From the NCBI GenBank assembly GCA_038279365.1, contig JAYODI010000004.1, positions 92,649-138,739 of the forward strand: a stretch of DNA of 46,091 bases, written 5' to 3'. This stretch comes from Candidatus Latescibacterota bacterium (GTDB lineage: Bacteria > Latescibacterota > UBA2968). A program made the translations under genes and the position numbers. A model generated the notes under the pieces. That model was not told the origin of the DNA. It was given only the letters and a program-made list of their open reading frames with translations, and did no database searches. Positions 26,475-36,135 of the stretch are shown piece by piece (the stretch's first letter is position 1; every line of letters starts with the position of its first letter).

Positions 26475-27443
26475 ATGAAGGTCAATTTTTTAACAGATAT
26501 AAATCAAGATTTTCATGCATCGGTGCTTTTGGCGGGGTGGCCAGGTATGGGCAGTGTGGGGGTGGGGGCAATTGATTATTTGCGGCGTAAGTTGGATGCA
26601 AAACCTTTTGCCGAAGTGGATATGCTCACTTATTTTACGGCAGATGCGGTTGTTGTAGAAGATGGCGTTGCCCGATTGCCCGAAGCGCCTACGCATATTT
26701 TTTATGCTGTACCCGAATTGGAATTGATCATTTTTCAAAGTGAAGCACAAATTGGTGGCACACCCGGTATTGAACTGATGGAACACATTTTAAATTTGGG
26801 TGAAAAATATGGCGTTGAAACCATTTTGACATGTGCTTCTTATATCATGCCCATTAGTCATAAAGAGCCAGCACAGGTGTTAGGTGTTGCAAATAATGTT
26901 GAATTTCGCGATGCACTCTTGCCCAAAGGTGTAGAGGTTTTGCCACAAGGTTTGGTGTCTGGGCTCAATGGTTTGCTCTTGGGATTTGCTGGGTTGCGAA
27001 ATTTAAATGCGGCCTGTTTGATGGGCACCATGCCCCAATATGCGGCAACGATTCCCAATCCAAAAGCATCGAGAGAAATTGTGCGCGTATTGCAACGTTT
27101 TTTAGACTGTGATGTGGATATGAGCGAAATTGATGAAGCTGTGGCGAAAATGGAACATACCATGGAAGACATTGAGTCACAGATTCACAAAGCCTTTTCT
27201 TCTATGGAGTCGGATCCGACGGGTGAGTTGGAAATAGAGGGGGTTGAAGAAGATAAAGTCCCTCAATATGTTATGGAGCGTATCGAGGCGCTGTTTGTTG
27301 AGGTGCGGCAACAATCTTCACAAGATCAATTTCGCCTTAGGGCAAATGCATTAAAAAAAGAACTCGATCGTTGGAATTTATACCATTTTTATGAAGATCG
27401 CTTTTTGGACCTGTTTAAATCTGATTCCGAAAGTGGTGGTTAA
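26475..27443 (+). CDS. PAC2 family (proteasome assembly chaperone-like) protein
   Basis: LAGWPGMG.VG, SGLNGLLLG, CLMG..P.Y...PNPKAS, YEDRFLDLF. Confidence 0.82.
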   Translation: MKVNFLTDINQDFHASVLLAGWPGMGSVGVGAIDYLRRKLDAKPFAEVDMLTYFTADAVVVEDGVARLPEAPTHIFYAVPELELIIFQSEAQIGGTPGIELMEHILNLGEKYGVETILTCASYIMPISHKEPAQVLGVANNVEFRDALLPKGVEVLPQGLVSGLNGLLLGFAGLRNLNAACLMGTMPQYAATIPNPKASREIVRVLQRFLDCDVDMSEIDEAVAKMEHTMEDIESQIHKAFSSMESDPTGELEIEGVEEDKVPQYVMERIEALFVEVRQQSSQDQFRLRANALKKELDRWNLYHFYEDRFLDLFKSDSESGG

Positions 27444-27470
27444 GCCCCAGAATTGGTGGTTGCGTTCATT

Positions 27471-27508
27471 TACCCCCAAACAGCAATGCTGTTTGGGGGT
27501 ATTTCTTT
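27471..27508 (+). terminator. Rho-independent terminator
   Basis: TACCCCCAAACAGC-AAT-GCTGTTTGGGGGTA followed by TTTCTTT. Confidence 0.8.
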
Positions 27509-27624
27509 GAGGTTGGGAAATAGCTTGCCGTACACGCCTTTCAAGCCTAAGTTAAAGCTGTTTAAGCCCAATTGGGATAAAAGGATTTGGGTATCATTTT
27601 CGCTTTTTATAGATGAGGTTTTTT

Positions 27625-28677
27625 ATGTCGAATATCAAAATTGATCTTTATAGCGATACATCCACCAAGCCAACACCTGCAATGCGTTCATATATGTGTG
27701 AAGCCGAAGTAGGTGATGAGCAAAAGGGCGAGGACCCTACGGTAAATGCTTTACAAGACAAAGTGGCAAAGATGTTGGGCAAAGAGGCGGCCTTGTTGTT
27801 GCCATCGGGCACGATGTGCAATCAAATAGCTTATGCGGTTCATTGTCGGGCAGGAGATCTCATTTTAATGGATCGAACGGCGCATCCGCTGATTTCAGAA
27901 GCCGGTGGTGCCGCAGTATTGGCAAGAGCAACCATGTATCCGATTGATGGTGAAAACGGTATGTTTACATCTGAGCAGATGGAAGCCGTTATGGAACCCT
28001 CTACGCGTTATAAACCGCCTTTTCGGTTGGTATGTGTTGAGCAAACGACCAATAAACCTGGGGGGCGTATATGGCCATTGGCACAGATACAATCTGTGTG
28101 CAAAACGGCTCACGATCGTGGTGCGCTTACTCACATGGACGGTGCACGTTTGCTCAATGCCACCGTGGCCACGGGCATTGACCCAAAAGATTATGCAGAA
28201 CCCTTTGATACCTTATGGATTGATTTGAGCAAGGGATTAGGGGCACCCATTGGGGGGGTGTTGGCAGGATCTGCCACATTTATTCAAGAGGCTTGGCAGT
28301 GGAAGCAGCGCATTGGTGGGGCAATGCGCCAAGCGGGGATTATTGCGGCGGCAGGTATTTATGCATTGGATCATCATATTGATCGCATGGCCGAAGACCA
28401 TGCCCATGCAAAAAGGTTGGCAAAGGGCATTGAAGGCGCACCTGGTATCGCGATTGATGTGGCGGGCGTAGAAACAAATATGGTGCGTTTTGATGTAAAA
28501 GGTTTGGGTGTTTCATCCCTTCAATTTGGCGATCAGCTTTTGGCCGAATTTGGTATCCGCGTGAGTACACCTGGTCCCACATTGGTTCGGTTGATTCCGC
28601 ATTTGGGCATATCTGAGGCCGACGTAGATGAAGCTGCGGCAGCCATTTGCACATTAGCCAAAAAAATAGCCTCATAA
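27625..28677 (+). CDS. ltaE: Low-specificity L-threonine aldolase
   Basis: DLYSDT.T.PT, VGD...GEDPTV, PSGTMCN, HMDGARL.NA, LSKGLGAPIG, GG.MRQAG. Confidence 0.9.
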   Translation: MSNIKIDLYSDTSTKPTPAMRSYMCEAEVGDEQKGEDPTVNALQDKVAKMLGKEAALLLPSGTMCNQIAYAVHCRAGDLILMDRTAHPLISEAGGAAVLARATMYPIDGENGMFTSEQMEAVMEPSTRYKPPFRLVCVEQTTNKPGGRIWPLAQIQSVCKTAHDRGALTHMDGARLLNATVATGIDPKDYAEPFDTLWIDLSKGLGAPIGGVLAGSATFIQEAWQWKQRIGGAMRQAGIIAAAGIYALDHHIDRMAEDHAHAKRLAKGIEGAPGIAIDVAGVETNMVRFDVKGLGVSSLQFGDQLLAEFGIRVSTPGPTLVRLIPHLGISEADVDEAAAAICTLAKKIAS

Positions 28678-28684
28678 GGAGTGG

Positions 28685-29878
28685 GTGATGAAAATTTATC
28701 GGGTGTGTATTTTGGGCTGTCGGGCAAGAGGAACGGCAGCCGCAATGGCTTACAACGCACATCCTCGTTGTAAAATTGTTGGACTGTGTGATTTGCTACC
28801 CGAACGACTTCGCGAGTTGGGTGATCGGCTGGGGGTAGATGCGCGCTTTTCTGATTTGGACGAGATGATGCGTCACGTGCAACCCGATGTTGTGGCCATT
28901 CCAACGGGCACCGAATTTCATTTTGATTTGGCGATGCGGGTGATTGAATATGGTGCGCACATAGACATTGAAAAACCCCTTTGTGCAACTTTGGAACAAG
29001 CGGATATGTTGCTTGCAAAAGCCAAAGAAAAAGGGGTTGAAATTGCCGTGCATCATCAGGGGCGTTCGGGGGCAGCATTACAAGCCGTATCGGGGGCTTT
29101 AAAACAAGGTCGTATTGGACGTTTGCGACAGATTGTGGGAAGTGGGAAAGGGTATTATGGTGGGTATGGGCTGATGAATATTGGCACACATTCTATTAAT
29201 GCGATGTTGGAGCTAACTGGGCATTGTACTCATGTTTGGGCGGATATTCGCACCGACGGCCGTCCTATAGAACCTAAAGATGTGTTGCCATCTCCAAGTG
29301 GCATGGGCATAATTGCAGGAGAAGATATTACGGCCACATTGGCATTTGAAAATCGGGCCATCGCTGTTTTGACACAGCATCGATTTCCCGAAATGGATTC
29401 GACGGCTCATGGATTTGAAGTTTATGGTACGGAAGGGCGTCTTTTTTGGCACAATTCGGGCGCATGGATAAAAACGACGCCTCATGGGCATCCAGGATTG
29501 CCAGGGGCAGAATGGGAAGCATTGCCCTTGCATTATCCCGATCATTTTGATGTATCGGGTCAGGCGGCGCCTGACGAGTATTTGTATGTTGATGAGTATG
29601 TCAATGCCTTAGATGCGGGTAGATCACATATATGTAGTGGCCAAGAAGGCTTGCATGTGATGGAAATTATGATGGGTATTTTTGAATCTGGGGCTTATGG
29701 GCTATCTGTGGATTTGCCTCAAAAAGATCGGTCACATCCACTTATTCGATGGCGACAAGAGGCGGGAATGGGGGCATTGCCTGATATGCCACGGGCATAT
29801 GGTGATTGGTTAAATGTTGAAGGACAGCGCTTGGGGTGGGGCGCACAAGAACGCAAACACCGCGTTAAGTTGATTTGA
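28685..29878 (+). CDS. Gfo/Idh/MocA family oxidoreductase
   Basis: ILGCRARG, IEKPL, GKGYYGGYGLMNIGTH. Confidence 0.88.
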   Translation: MMKIYRVCILGCRARGTAAAMAYNAHPRCKIVGLCDLLPERLRELGDRLGVDARFSDLDEMMRHVQPDVVAIPTGTEFHFDLAMRVIEYGAHIDIEKPLCATLEQADMLLAKAKEKGVEIAVHHQGRSGAALQAVSGALKQGRIGRLRQIVGSGKGYYGGYGLMNIGTHSINAMLELTGHCTHVWADIRTDGRPIEPKDVLPSPSGMGIIAGEDITATLAFENRAIAVLTQHRFPEMDSTAHGFEVYGTEGRLFWHNSGAWIKTTPHGHPGLPGAEWEALPLHYPDHFDVSGQAAPDEYLYVDEYVNALDAGRSHICSGQEGLHVMEIMMGIFESGAYGLSVDLPQKDRSHPLIRWRQEAGMGALPDMPRAYGDWLNVEGQRLGWGAQERKHRVKLI

Positions 29879-29968
29879 TGAAAATAAAAAAATGTTTGGG
29901 ATGATTGTTGACACTTAATCGTCTGTTTACTCATTGAGGGTTAAGAAGATATTTAAGGAGGTTGGCCT

Positions 29969-31378
29969 GTGTTTAAGAAGGTTTTGATGGTATTGGTGGT
30001 GATGACGCTTGCTGGTGGGGGGCGTGTCTGGGCGGCCGATGGGATGTTGACCATTTTGCATACCAGTCAGTTGCAAGGTCGTTTCCAGCAGATCATGAAG
30101 GTGGGGGCACTGAAAGAACAGATTCAAAAAGAAACGGGTGCGGTGGTGCTCTTCGATGCCGGAAATTCTTTTTCATCACAGGAAATGATTTTTGAACACC
30201 CAGAAGGCAAAGTTTCACCAACTGTGGATATGATGACTCGGGCTGGATATGATGCGTGGGTTTTGGGGCAAGCTGAGACTCAGATAGATTTAGATTTTTT
30301 GAGCCAGGCTTTGCGCAATGCGCAATTTTCTGTATTGGGAGCCAATTTGCATCGCCCACAAAATGGTCGCCTTCTTTTTCAAGTACAACCTTATGCGGTG
30401 ATTCAGGCAGGCCGTTTTCGCGTGGGTGTTTTGGGTTTGGGGCAAGGGGGAAAAGGTGTTCAAGCGGGAGATGCTGTGCTTGCGGCTAAATATTATGTGC
30501 CACTGATTAAACAACAAGCGGATGTTGTGGTTTTGTTGACACACTTGGGGTTTCCTGCAGACTCAACACTGGCTGAGCAGGTTGCTGATGTCGACCTCAT
30601 TGTGGGCAATTACTCTGAAACAGCGGAAGGGAGAAGTGCCCAAGTCAACGGTGTGACAATTCGACAGGCTGGGCCCTGGGGGCAATCTGCTGGGCGCATA
30701 GATCTGCGCATTGGTCAAGACGGCGTTACCGTACAGCATTCTCAGTTGATTCCGTTGGATATTCCCATGGGGTCCATAGATGCCATGACTGTTGCGCTGT
30801 CTGCTTGGACTTTGCCAATATTGGGTGAACCCATGTCTGTAACGGCCGCTTTGGGAACCTCGGCTGGCGGATTTGGTGCGTCCATTGGACAAGCAGGTGC
30901 CATGGGGTATTTGGTGTCTGACTTGATGCGGGCTTCCGTTCAAGCAGATATTGCACTTGTTTCTGCCACATCTTTAGATTCAGAATTACCTGAGGGTGCT
31001 GTGCGCGTGCAAGATGTTTATCGGATTTATGCACCCGATCATCGGGTTGTTGTGGTTGAAATGCGCGGAGAAGAACTGAGCCATTTAATGGAGGAAGGCT
31101 TGGATGATTTGAGGGCATTTTTTTATCCATCGGGTTTGCAAGTGGTTTATGATTTAACAAAATTGCGTGGTCAACGGTTGGTGTCTTTAATGGATGGCGC
31201 TCGCCATCCATTAAACTTGAGAAAAAAGTTCAAGGTAGCGGTTGAAAGTGATGTGGTGCCTTTTATACAAAAAGAAAAAATCGGCCAAGGTGAAAAGATA
31301 AGAGACATCATCACACGACATATTCGCGAGGCGGGTGTGATTCAAGGACGGCTCGACGATCGGATGCAGGAGCGATAA
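29969..31378 (+). CDS. Exported 5'-nucleotidase/metallophosphoesterase-fold protein, degenerate active site
   Basis: Signal peptide; ILHT, DAG, M..AGYDA, LGANL, LLTHLG, VDLIVG, QAG..G..GRID and a C-terminal 5'-NT domain; most metal ligands substituted. Confidence 0.8.
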   Translation: MFKKVLMVLVVMTLAGGGRVWAADGMLTILHTSQLQGRFQQIMKVGALKEQIQKETGAVVLFDAGNSFSSQEMIFEHPEGKVSPTVDMMTRAGYDAWVLGQAETQIDLDFLSQALRNAQFSVLGANLHRPQNGRLLFQVQPYAVIQAGRFRVGVLGLGQGGKGVQAGDAVLAAKYYVPLIKQQADVVVLLTHLGFPADSTLAEQVADVDLIVGNYSETAEGRSAQVNGVTIRQAGPWGQSAGRIDLRIGQDGVTVQHSQLIPLDIPMGSIDAMTVALSAWTLPILGEPMSVTAALGTSAGGFGASIGQAGAMGYLVSDLMRASVQADIALVSATSLDSELPEGAVRVQDVYRIYAPDHRVVVVEMRGEELSHLMEEGLDDLRAFFYPSGLQVVYDLTKLRGQRLVSLMDGARHPLNLRKKFKVAVESDVVPFIQKEKIGQGEKIRDIITRHIREAGVIQGRLDDRMQER

Positions 31379-32481
31379 TGGACACCTTTGATGAACCCCT
31401 CTTAGACATTGAAAGTCCTCCTGGGCCACCGCTTGAGAAAGTGTATGATTTTTATGCAACGGTTGCAGGCGGAATGGAAGATGTTGCCCTTGCTGAAATC
31501 AAAAAGCAATTGGGCAAAGTTTCAGATGTGCATGTGGTGCGGAGTCGTCGTTTGAGCCGTATTTTTTTTCACTATGAGCGCAGCCCCAAAAAGCTTTTGG
31601 AATTGCGCACGGTGGAACAGGTCTATGCCCTGTTGGCAAATATTTCGGGCGTAACGGTTGGCCAACCTGGGCTTTTGCATATTGCTCAGCGTGTGGAAAA
31701 AGTCGATCTCATACCCGCAGCTGTTTTGCACGACATTCTTCATGGCTTGAAAGATGAAGTAGGTTTTCGTCTTTCGTGTACGACAGGTAAAGGGCATCGT
31801 TTTTCGGCCAGTGAATTGCATCAGGTTGTGCAAACAGTGTTGACTATGAAATACGAGGTCGATGATCGTGTTGATCGGCCTTATGTGTTGCATTTGCGTT
31901 TAGAAGGCAATCGGGCACTTTTTGGATTGCAATTGGTCACACAAAAAGAACGTGAACGACTCAATTACCCCATCCAAGTGCGTGGTGATTTGCAGCCCTT
32001 TGTTGCAAATGGCATTGCACAATTGTTGCATGTGCGGTCTAAAGAGGTGGTTGTTAATATAGATTGTGGTGGCGGCCAAATTTTAATTGAAGCCGGTTTG
32101 GGTAAGATGCCTGGTTATAAAATAGGCATGGATGCATTTTCAGATATTGTGGGTGGGATGAAGGAAAATGCTTTGGCATCTCAGGTTTCGGTGGTTGGAC
32201 TCACTGGAGAAGGTTCTGCATTGCCATTTGTTAATGGCAGTGTGGACAAGGTGGTTGCCAATCTTGTGCCTCGTAAAGGCGCGCAACCAATTTCACTTTT
32301 TCATTTGTTTTCGGAGTTGGTGCGTGTGATTTGCCCCGACGGACAAGCCTTTTTGATATTTGAAGATCGGCGGATGTTTACGCGCATGTTGGATGATTTT
32401 CCAAGGTTTAAGGTTTTGAAGCGTCGCCCCTTGCATTTGCAGGGGCGTCATTTGGATTTGTTTATTTTACAGCGAAAATAA
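31378..32481 (+). CDS. THUMP-domain RNA methyltransferase-like protein
   Basis: ATVAGGMEDVALAEI, LLELRTVE, HRFSA; CGGGQILIEA SAM-like motif; LPF..GSVD.VV.N. Confidence 0.7.
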   Translation: MDTFDEPLLDIESPPGPPLEKVYDFYATVAGGMEDVALAEIKKQLGKVSDVHVVRSRRLSRIFFHYERSPKKLLELRTVEQVYALLANISGVTVGQPGLLHIAQRVEKVDLIPAAVLHDILHGLKDEVGFRLSCTTGKGHRFSASELHQVVQTVLTMKYEVDDRVDRPYVLHLRLEGNRALFGLQLVTQKERERLNYPIQVRGDLQPFVANGIAQLLHVRSKEVVVNIDCGGGQILIEAGLGKMPGYKIGMDAFSDIVGGMKENALASQVSVVGLTGEGSALPFVNGSVDKVVANLVPRKGAQPISLFHLFSELVRVICPDGQAFLIFEDRRMFTRMLDDFPRFKVLKRRPLHLQGRHLDLFILQRK

Positions 32482-32494
32482 GCAAGAGGGGAAT

Positions 32495-33304
32495 ATGCAC
32501 AATATTTCAATTTCTACATGGAGCCTCCACAAGCAATTGGGGCGTGCCTGGTATATACCAACGGCTAATGGGTTGCAAAATAAAAGTGACCAAACCGATC
32601 GGGTTGAATTGTTGGCTGTGCCAGAGATGGTGGCATCACAAGGAATTTATCAACTTGAGGTTTGCCATTTTCACTTTCCGTCTGTAGATACGGGGTATTT
32701 AAATGAATTTCGTGAAGAATTGGAACGACATGGGGTGACGTTTTATAGCTTGTTGATTGATACGGGTGATATTACACACCCAAATGAAAAACAACGAGAA
32801 GATGACCTTCTCTTAATTCGTAAATGGATTGATGTTGCAGGGCAATGTGGTGCATTGCAAGCACGGGTCATTGCTGGTGATGCAGAAGCCAGTGATGAAG
32901 TGATTGCTTTGAGCGCTCAAAACTTGGACGTTTTGGCAGAATATGCCCAAACGCGTGGCGTGAAAGTCTCTACCGAAAATTTTAAAAAACTCACCCAACG
33001 AGCGGCACCATTGCTAGAAATTATCAATCGTTGTACAAATGAATTGGCTCTGTGTGCGGATTTTGGAAATTTTAAGGGCACGACCAAGTATGACGATTTG
33101 GCTTCGATTTTACCTCGAGCAACCACCGTACATGCAAAAGGGGATTATGTGGATGGGGCATTGGACAAAAGTGATTTTGGGCAATGTATGAATTTGGCAA
33201 CTGCAGCTGAATTTGAAGGACCTTATGTGTTGATTTTTTCTGATAAGGGAGAAGAATGGCCCTATTTGCAGGCCCTAAAAAATGACATTCAATCATACTT
33301 ATAA
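32495..33304 (+). CDS. Sugar phosphate isomerase/epimerase (TIM barrel)
   Basis: STWSLH, LEVCHFH, TENF, LCADFGN, VHAK. Confidence 0.82.
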   Translation: MHNISISTWSLHKQLGRAWYIPTANGLQNKSDQTDRVELLAVPEMVASQGIYQLEVCHFHFPSVDTGYLNEFREELERHGVTFYSLLIDTGDITHPNEKQREDDLLLIRKWIDVAGQCGALQARVIAGDAEASDEVIALSAQNLDVLAEYAQTRGVKVSTENFKKLTQRAAPLLEIINRCTNELALCADFGNFKGTTKYDDLASILPRATTVHAKGDYVDGALDKSDFGQCMNLATAAEFEGPYVLIFSDKGEEWPYLQALKNDIQSYL

Positions 33305-33306
33305 TT

Positions 33307-34140
33307 ATGTTAACGCCCCCAAAAAAGAAGCCTGATACGCATTGGCGCGCCCGTTTACACGAAGTGATTTTTGAGGCAGAGACACGTTTAGGACGTTTGT
33401 TTGATGTTGTATTGATGGCCTGTATTATTGTGAGTGTTTTGGTGGTGATGCTCGACAGTGTCAAAAGTATTCGAGATGCTTGGGGTGATGTTTTTTTTGT
33501 GTTGGAATGGGCGTTTACCATTTTGTTTACGCTGGAATATGTGTTGCGCTTAATTAGCATTGGGCAACCGATTATGTATGCACGAAGCTTTTTTGGCGTT
33601 GTGGATCTGTTGGCTATTTTGCCCACTTATATGAGCCTGATTTTTCCGGGCAGTCACTATCTATTGGCGATACGTTTGTTGCGCGTTTTGCGCATTTTTA
33701 GGGTGCTTAAGATTGTTCAATACGTGGGCGAGGCCAACCATTTGTTGCAAGCACTGCGGGCCAGCCAAAGAAAAATTACGGTGTTTTTGTTTACGGTTGT
33801 AACACTGTCTATCATTTTTGGGTCTATTATTTATGTTGTTGAGGATCCCAACGATGGTTTTACGAGTATACCACGCAGTGTGTATTGGGCCATTGTTACT
33901 TTAACTACGGTTGGATATGGCGATATTTCTCCCAAAACAGACTTGGGGCAAGCCATTGCGGCTGTTATTATGATCTTGGGATATGGGATTATTGCCGTGC
34001 CCACGGGAATTGTATCTGCCGAATTTGCACAGGCGGGGCTTCGGTCAAAACCGGTATCGACCATGTCTTGTCATGAATGTGGTTGTGAAGGACATGATGT
34101 GGATGCGGTTTATTGCAAGCAATGTGGCGAAAAATTATAA
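33307..34140 (+). CDS. Voltage-gated potassium channel (6TM) with C-terminal CxxC..CxxC
   Basis: Selectivity filter TTVGYGD; S4 RLLRVLRIFRVLK; CHEC...CKQC tail. Confidence 0.93.
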   Translation: MLTPPKKKPDTHWRARLHEVIFEAETRLGRLFDVVLMACIIVSVLVVMLDSVKSIRDAWGDVFFVLEWAFTILFTLEYVLRLISIGQPIMYARSFFGVVDLLAILPTYMSLIFPGSHYLLAIRLLRVLRIFRVLKIVQYVGEANHLLQALRASQRKITVFLFTVVTLSIIFGSIIYVVEDPNDGFTSIPRSVYWAIVTLTTVGYGDISPKTDLGQAIAAVIMILGYGIIAVPTGIVSAEFAQAGLRSKPVSTMSCHECGCEGHDVDAVYCKQCGEKL

Positions 34141-34151
34141 GGATTTTATTT

Positions 34152-35219
34152 ATGAAAAAGGTAACAGCTGGTTTGTTTGGGCTTTCGCACCCGCATGCCA
34201 TTGCACACTTAAAAACGTTGAATCAATCTGAGTGGGTGGACAAAGTTTTTCTTTTTGACGAGTCGTTCGAATTGATCCAAAAGGTAAGGCAAACACATGG
34301 GGCTAAGGTGGTGGAAGGTTATTCCGACTTGGATCAAATGCTTACTGCCACAGACATAGATTTTGGGGTTGCTTGTTTCCGAAATGATTTGAATGCCGAT
34401 TTGTGTATCCATCTGTTGAAATCAGGCATGCATGTCATTAGTGAAAAGCCGATAGGAAATAATGTGGCCTCTGTTGCGGCTGCTGTTCAAACTGCAAAAG
34501 AAGCAAAGTTGATCTTGGGTGTGATGTATCAAAACAGATATCATCCGACGACCCAAGCAGCCAAGCAATTGATTCAAGATGGGGTGATTGGTGATGTAAC
34601 TGCATGCGAAGCGCGTATGGTGACTTCTCAGGTGAAGTTTCGCAACCCCAAACATTGGTTGTTTAACAATGCGCAATCGGGTGGGGGGATTTTGTCTTGG
34701 TTGGGATGCCACTATATCGACTTGGCAACATACATCTTGGGGAAAGACATTGTGCAAGTTTCTGGTGTGGTAGATACGCTCAGTGGCGAAGATATTGATG
34801 TGGAAGATGTGGCATCCGTGACCTTTCGGTTTGCCAATGGCGCTTTGGGCAGTATGCAAGCTGGCTATCAACTGGCCATCAGTGGCGCAGGGTATATGGG
34901 GCCAACTTACGATACCTATATGGGTTTTCGGGGGCGATTGGGGCGCGTTTTTTGGGAACCCACAAAAGCGCCTCCAGATTTACACTTAGAGTCTGTTGCC
35001 GATGGGTGGAAGACAGCCCCACAACGTTCATTTTCTTATGTTTTACCTCAAGTAGATGCTTATGGTGGGGCACACGGTGTTTTGTTCATAAACGATTTTA
35101 TCAAAGCCATGCATGGTGAGGGTGAGCCGCCTGCAACGGGAGATGACGCACTTAAAGTGGCACGTATCATTGAGGCCGTATATGTCTCTGATGAATCAGG
35201 TAAACGGATAAATCTGTAA
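34152..35219 (+). CDS. Gfo/Idh/MocA family oxidoreductase
   Basis: HVISEKP, NRYHP, SGGGILSWLGCH, DVED.A. Confidence 0.9.
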   Translation: MKKVTAGLFGLSHPHAIAHLKTLNQSEWVDKVFLFDESFELIQKVRQTHGAKVVEGYSDLDQMLTATDIDFGVACFRNDLNADLCIHLLKSGMHVISEKPIGNNVASVAAAVQTAKEAKLILGVMYQNRYHPTTQAAKQLIQDGVIGDVTACEARMVTSQVKFRNPKHWLFNNAQSGGGILSWLGCHYIDLATYILGKDIVQVSGVVDTLSGEDIDVEDVASVTFRFANGALGSMQAGYQLAISGAGYMGPTYDTYMGFRGRLGRVFWEPTKAPPDLHLESVADGWKTAPQRSFSYVLPQVDAYGGAHGVLFINDFIKAMHGEGEPPATGDDALKVARIIEAVYVSDESGKRINL

Positions 35220-35230
35220 GGAGTGATCTG

Positions 35231-36037
35231 GTGTTGTTGGAAACGATGGCAGGAAAACCGCTTTGTCCGTTGGGATTGGCGGGCAACCCAGAAATGGAAT
35301 TGGCCTGTGTATCTGCTGCCATACAGGCGGGTATGAATGCATTTTTCTTTTATAATTTGTCATTTCAACCCCTTGTAGATGGGCTGCGAGATGCGGCCCA
35401 AAAAGACCGAGAGGGCTTGTTTATTGCTACGGGTTCTGAAGACCGAGATGTGCAAGGCATTCGAAACGATTTGGATCAGGTAAAAATGGCATTGCAGGTC
35501 GATGTCATCGATGCCTTTTTTGCTGAATATGTGGCACCATCAGACCACTTGGATGATGTGTTGGACGTGTTGGGAGAGATTCAAGCCTGGAAAAAAGCGG
35601 GCAAAGTTCGATATGTGGGGGCATCTGTGCACGATCGAGAATTGGCGTTGTCTTTGCTTCTAAGTGGCCAAATTGATATTTTGATGCACCGATATAATAT
35701 GGCACATCGCAAGTCTGAGGAAGAAGTATTGCCTTTGGCTACCAAAATGGGCATTCCTGTTATTTCATTTACCAACACAAGGTGGGGATCATTGCTTAAA
35801 GGCCATACGCGCTGGCAAGGGCCTATCCCTTCTGCGACAGATTGTTATCGTTTTGTTTTGCGTCACCCCGCGGTTGCATTGGCTTGGTCTGCGCCGCGCT
35901 CTAGGGAAGAACTACAAGCCAATTTGAGTGTGTTGAAAGCCCCACGCATGTTGGGCGATGAAGTGGCACAATGGAAAGCCTATGGCGATTTGATATATGG
36001 TGTTGGTATGGATGCATTTGAAACGCGGTGGCCTTAA
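35231..36037 (+). CDS. Aldo/keto reductase family protein
   Basis: KKAGKVRYVGASVHDR, RYNMAHR..E..VLP, CYRFVL.HP.V. Confidence 0.82.
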   Translation: MLLETMAGKPLCPLGLAGNPEMELACVSAAIQAGMNAFFFYNLSFQPLVDGLRDAAQKDREGLFIATGSEDRDVQGIRNDLDQVKMALQVDVIDAFFAEYVAPSDHLDDVLDVLGEIQAWKKAGKVRYVGASVHDRELALSLLLSGQIDILMHRYNMAHRKSEEEVLPLATKMGIPVISFTNTRWGSLLKGHTRWQGPIPSATDCYRFVLRHPAVALAWSAPRSREELQANLSVLKAPRMLGDEVAQWKAYGDLIYGVGMDAFETRWP

Positions 36038-36055
36038 TTTTGTGACAAGAGGCGA

Positions 36056-36084
36056 TTGACATAACAAAAGGCAAATGGTAACTT
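36056..36084 (+). promoter_or_regulatory. Putative sigma70 promoter for fbaA
   Basis: TTGACA-N17-TAACTT with an extended -10 TG. Confidence 0.6.
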
Positions 36085-36135
36085 ATCACCTAACGAACGC
36101 CAATACTATCAAAAAAGTTTATTTGGAGGTTTTAA

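Noticed and set aside
27444-27612. Small ORF 27453-27644 or a mobile/REP element in the gap
   Set aside because: Explained by a terminator hairpin plus promoter space; no second copy seen in the window.
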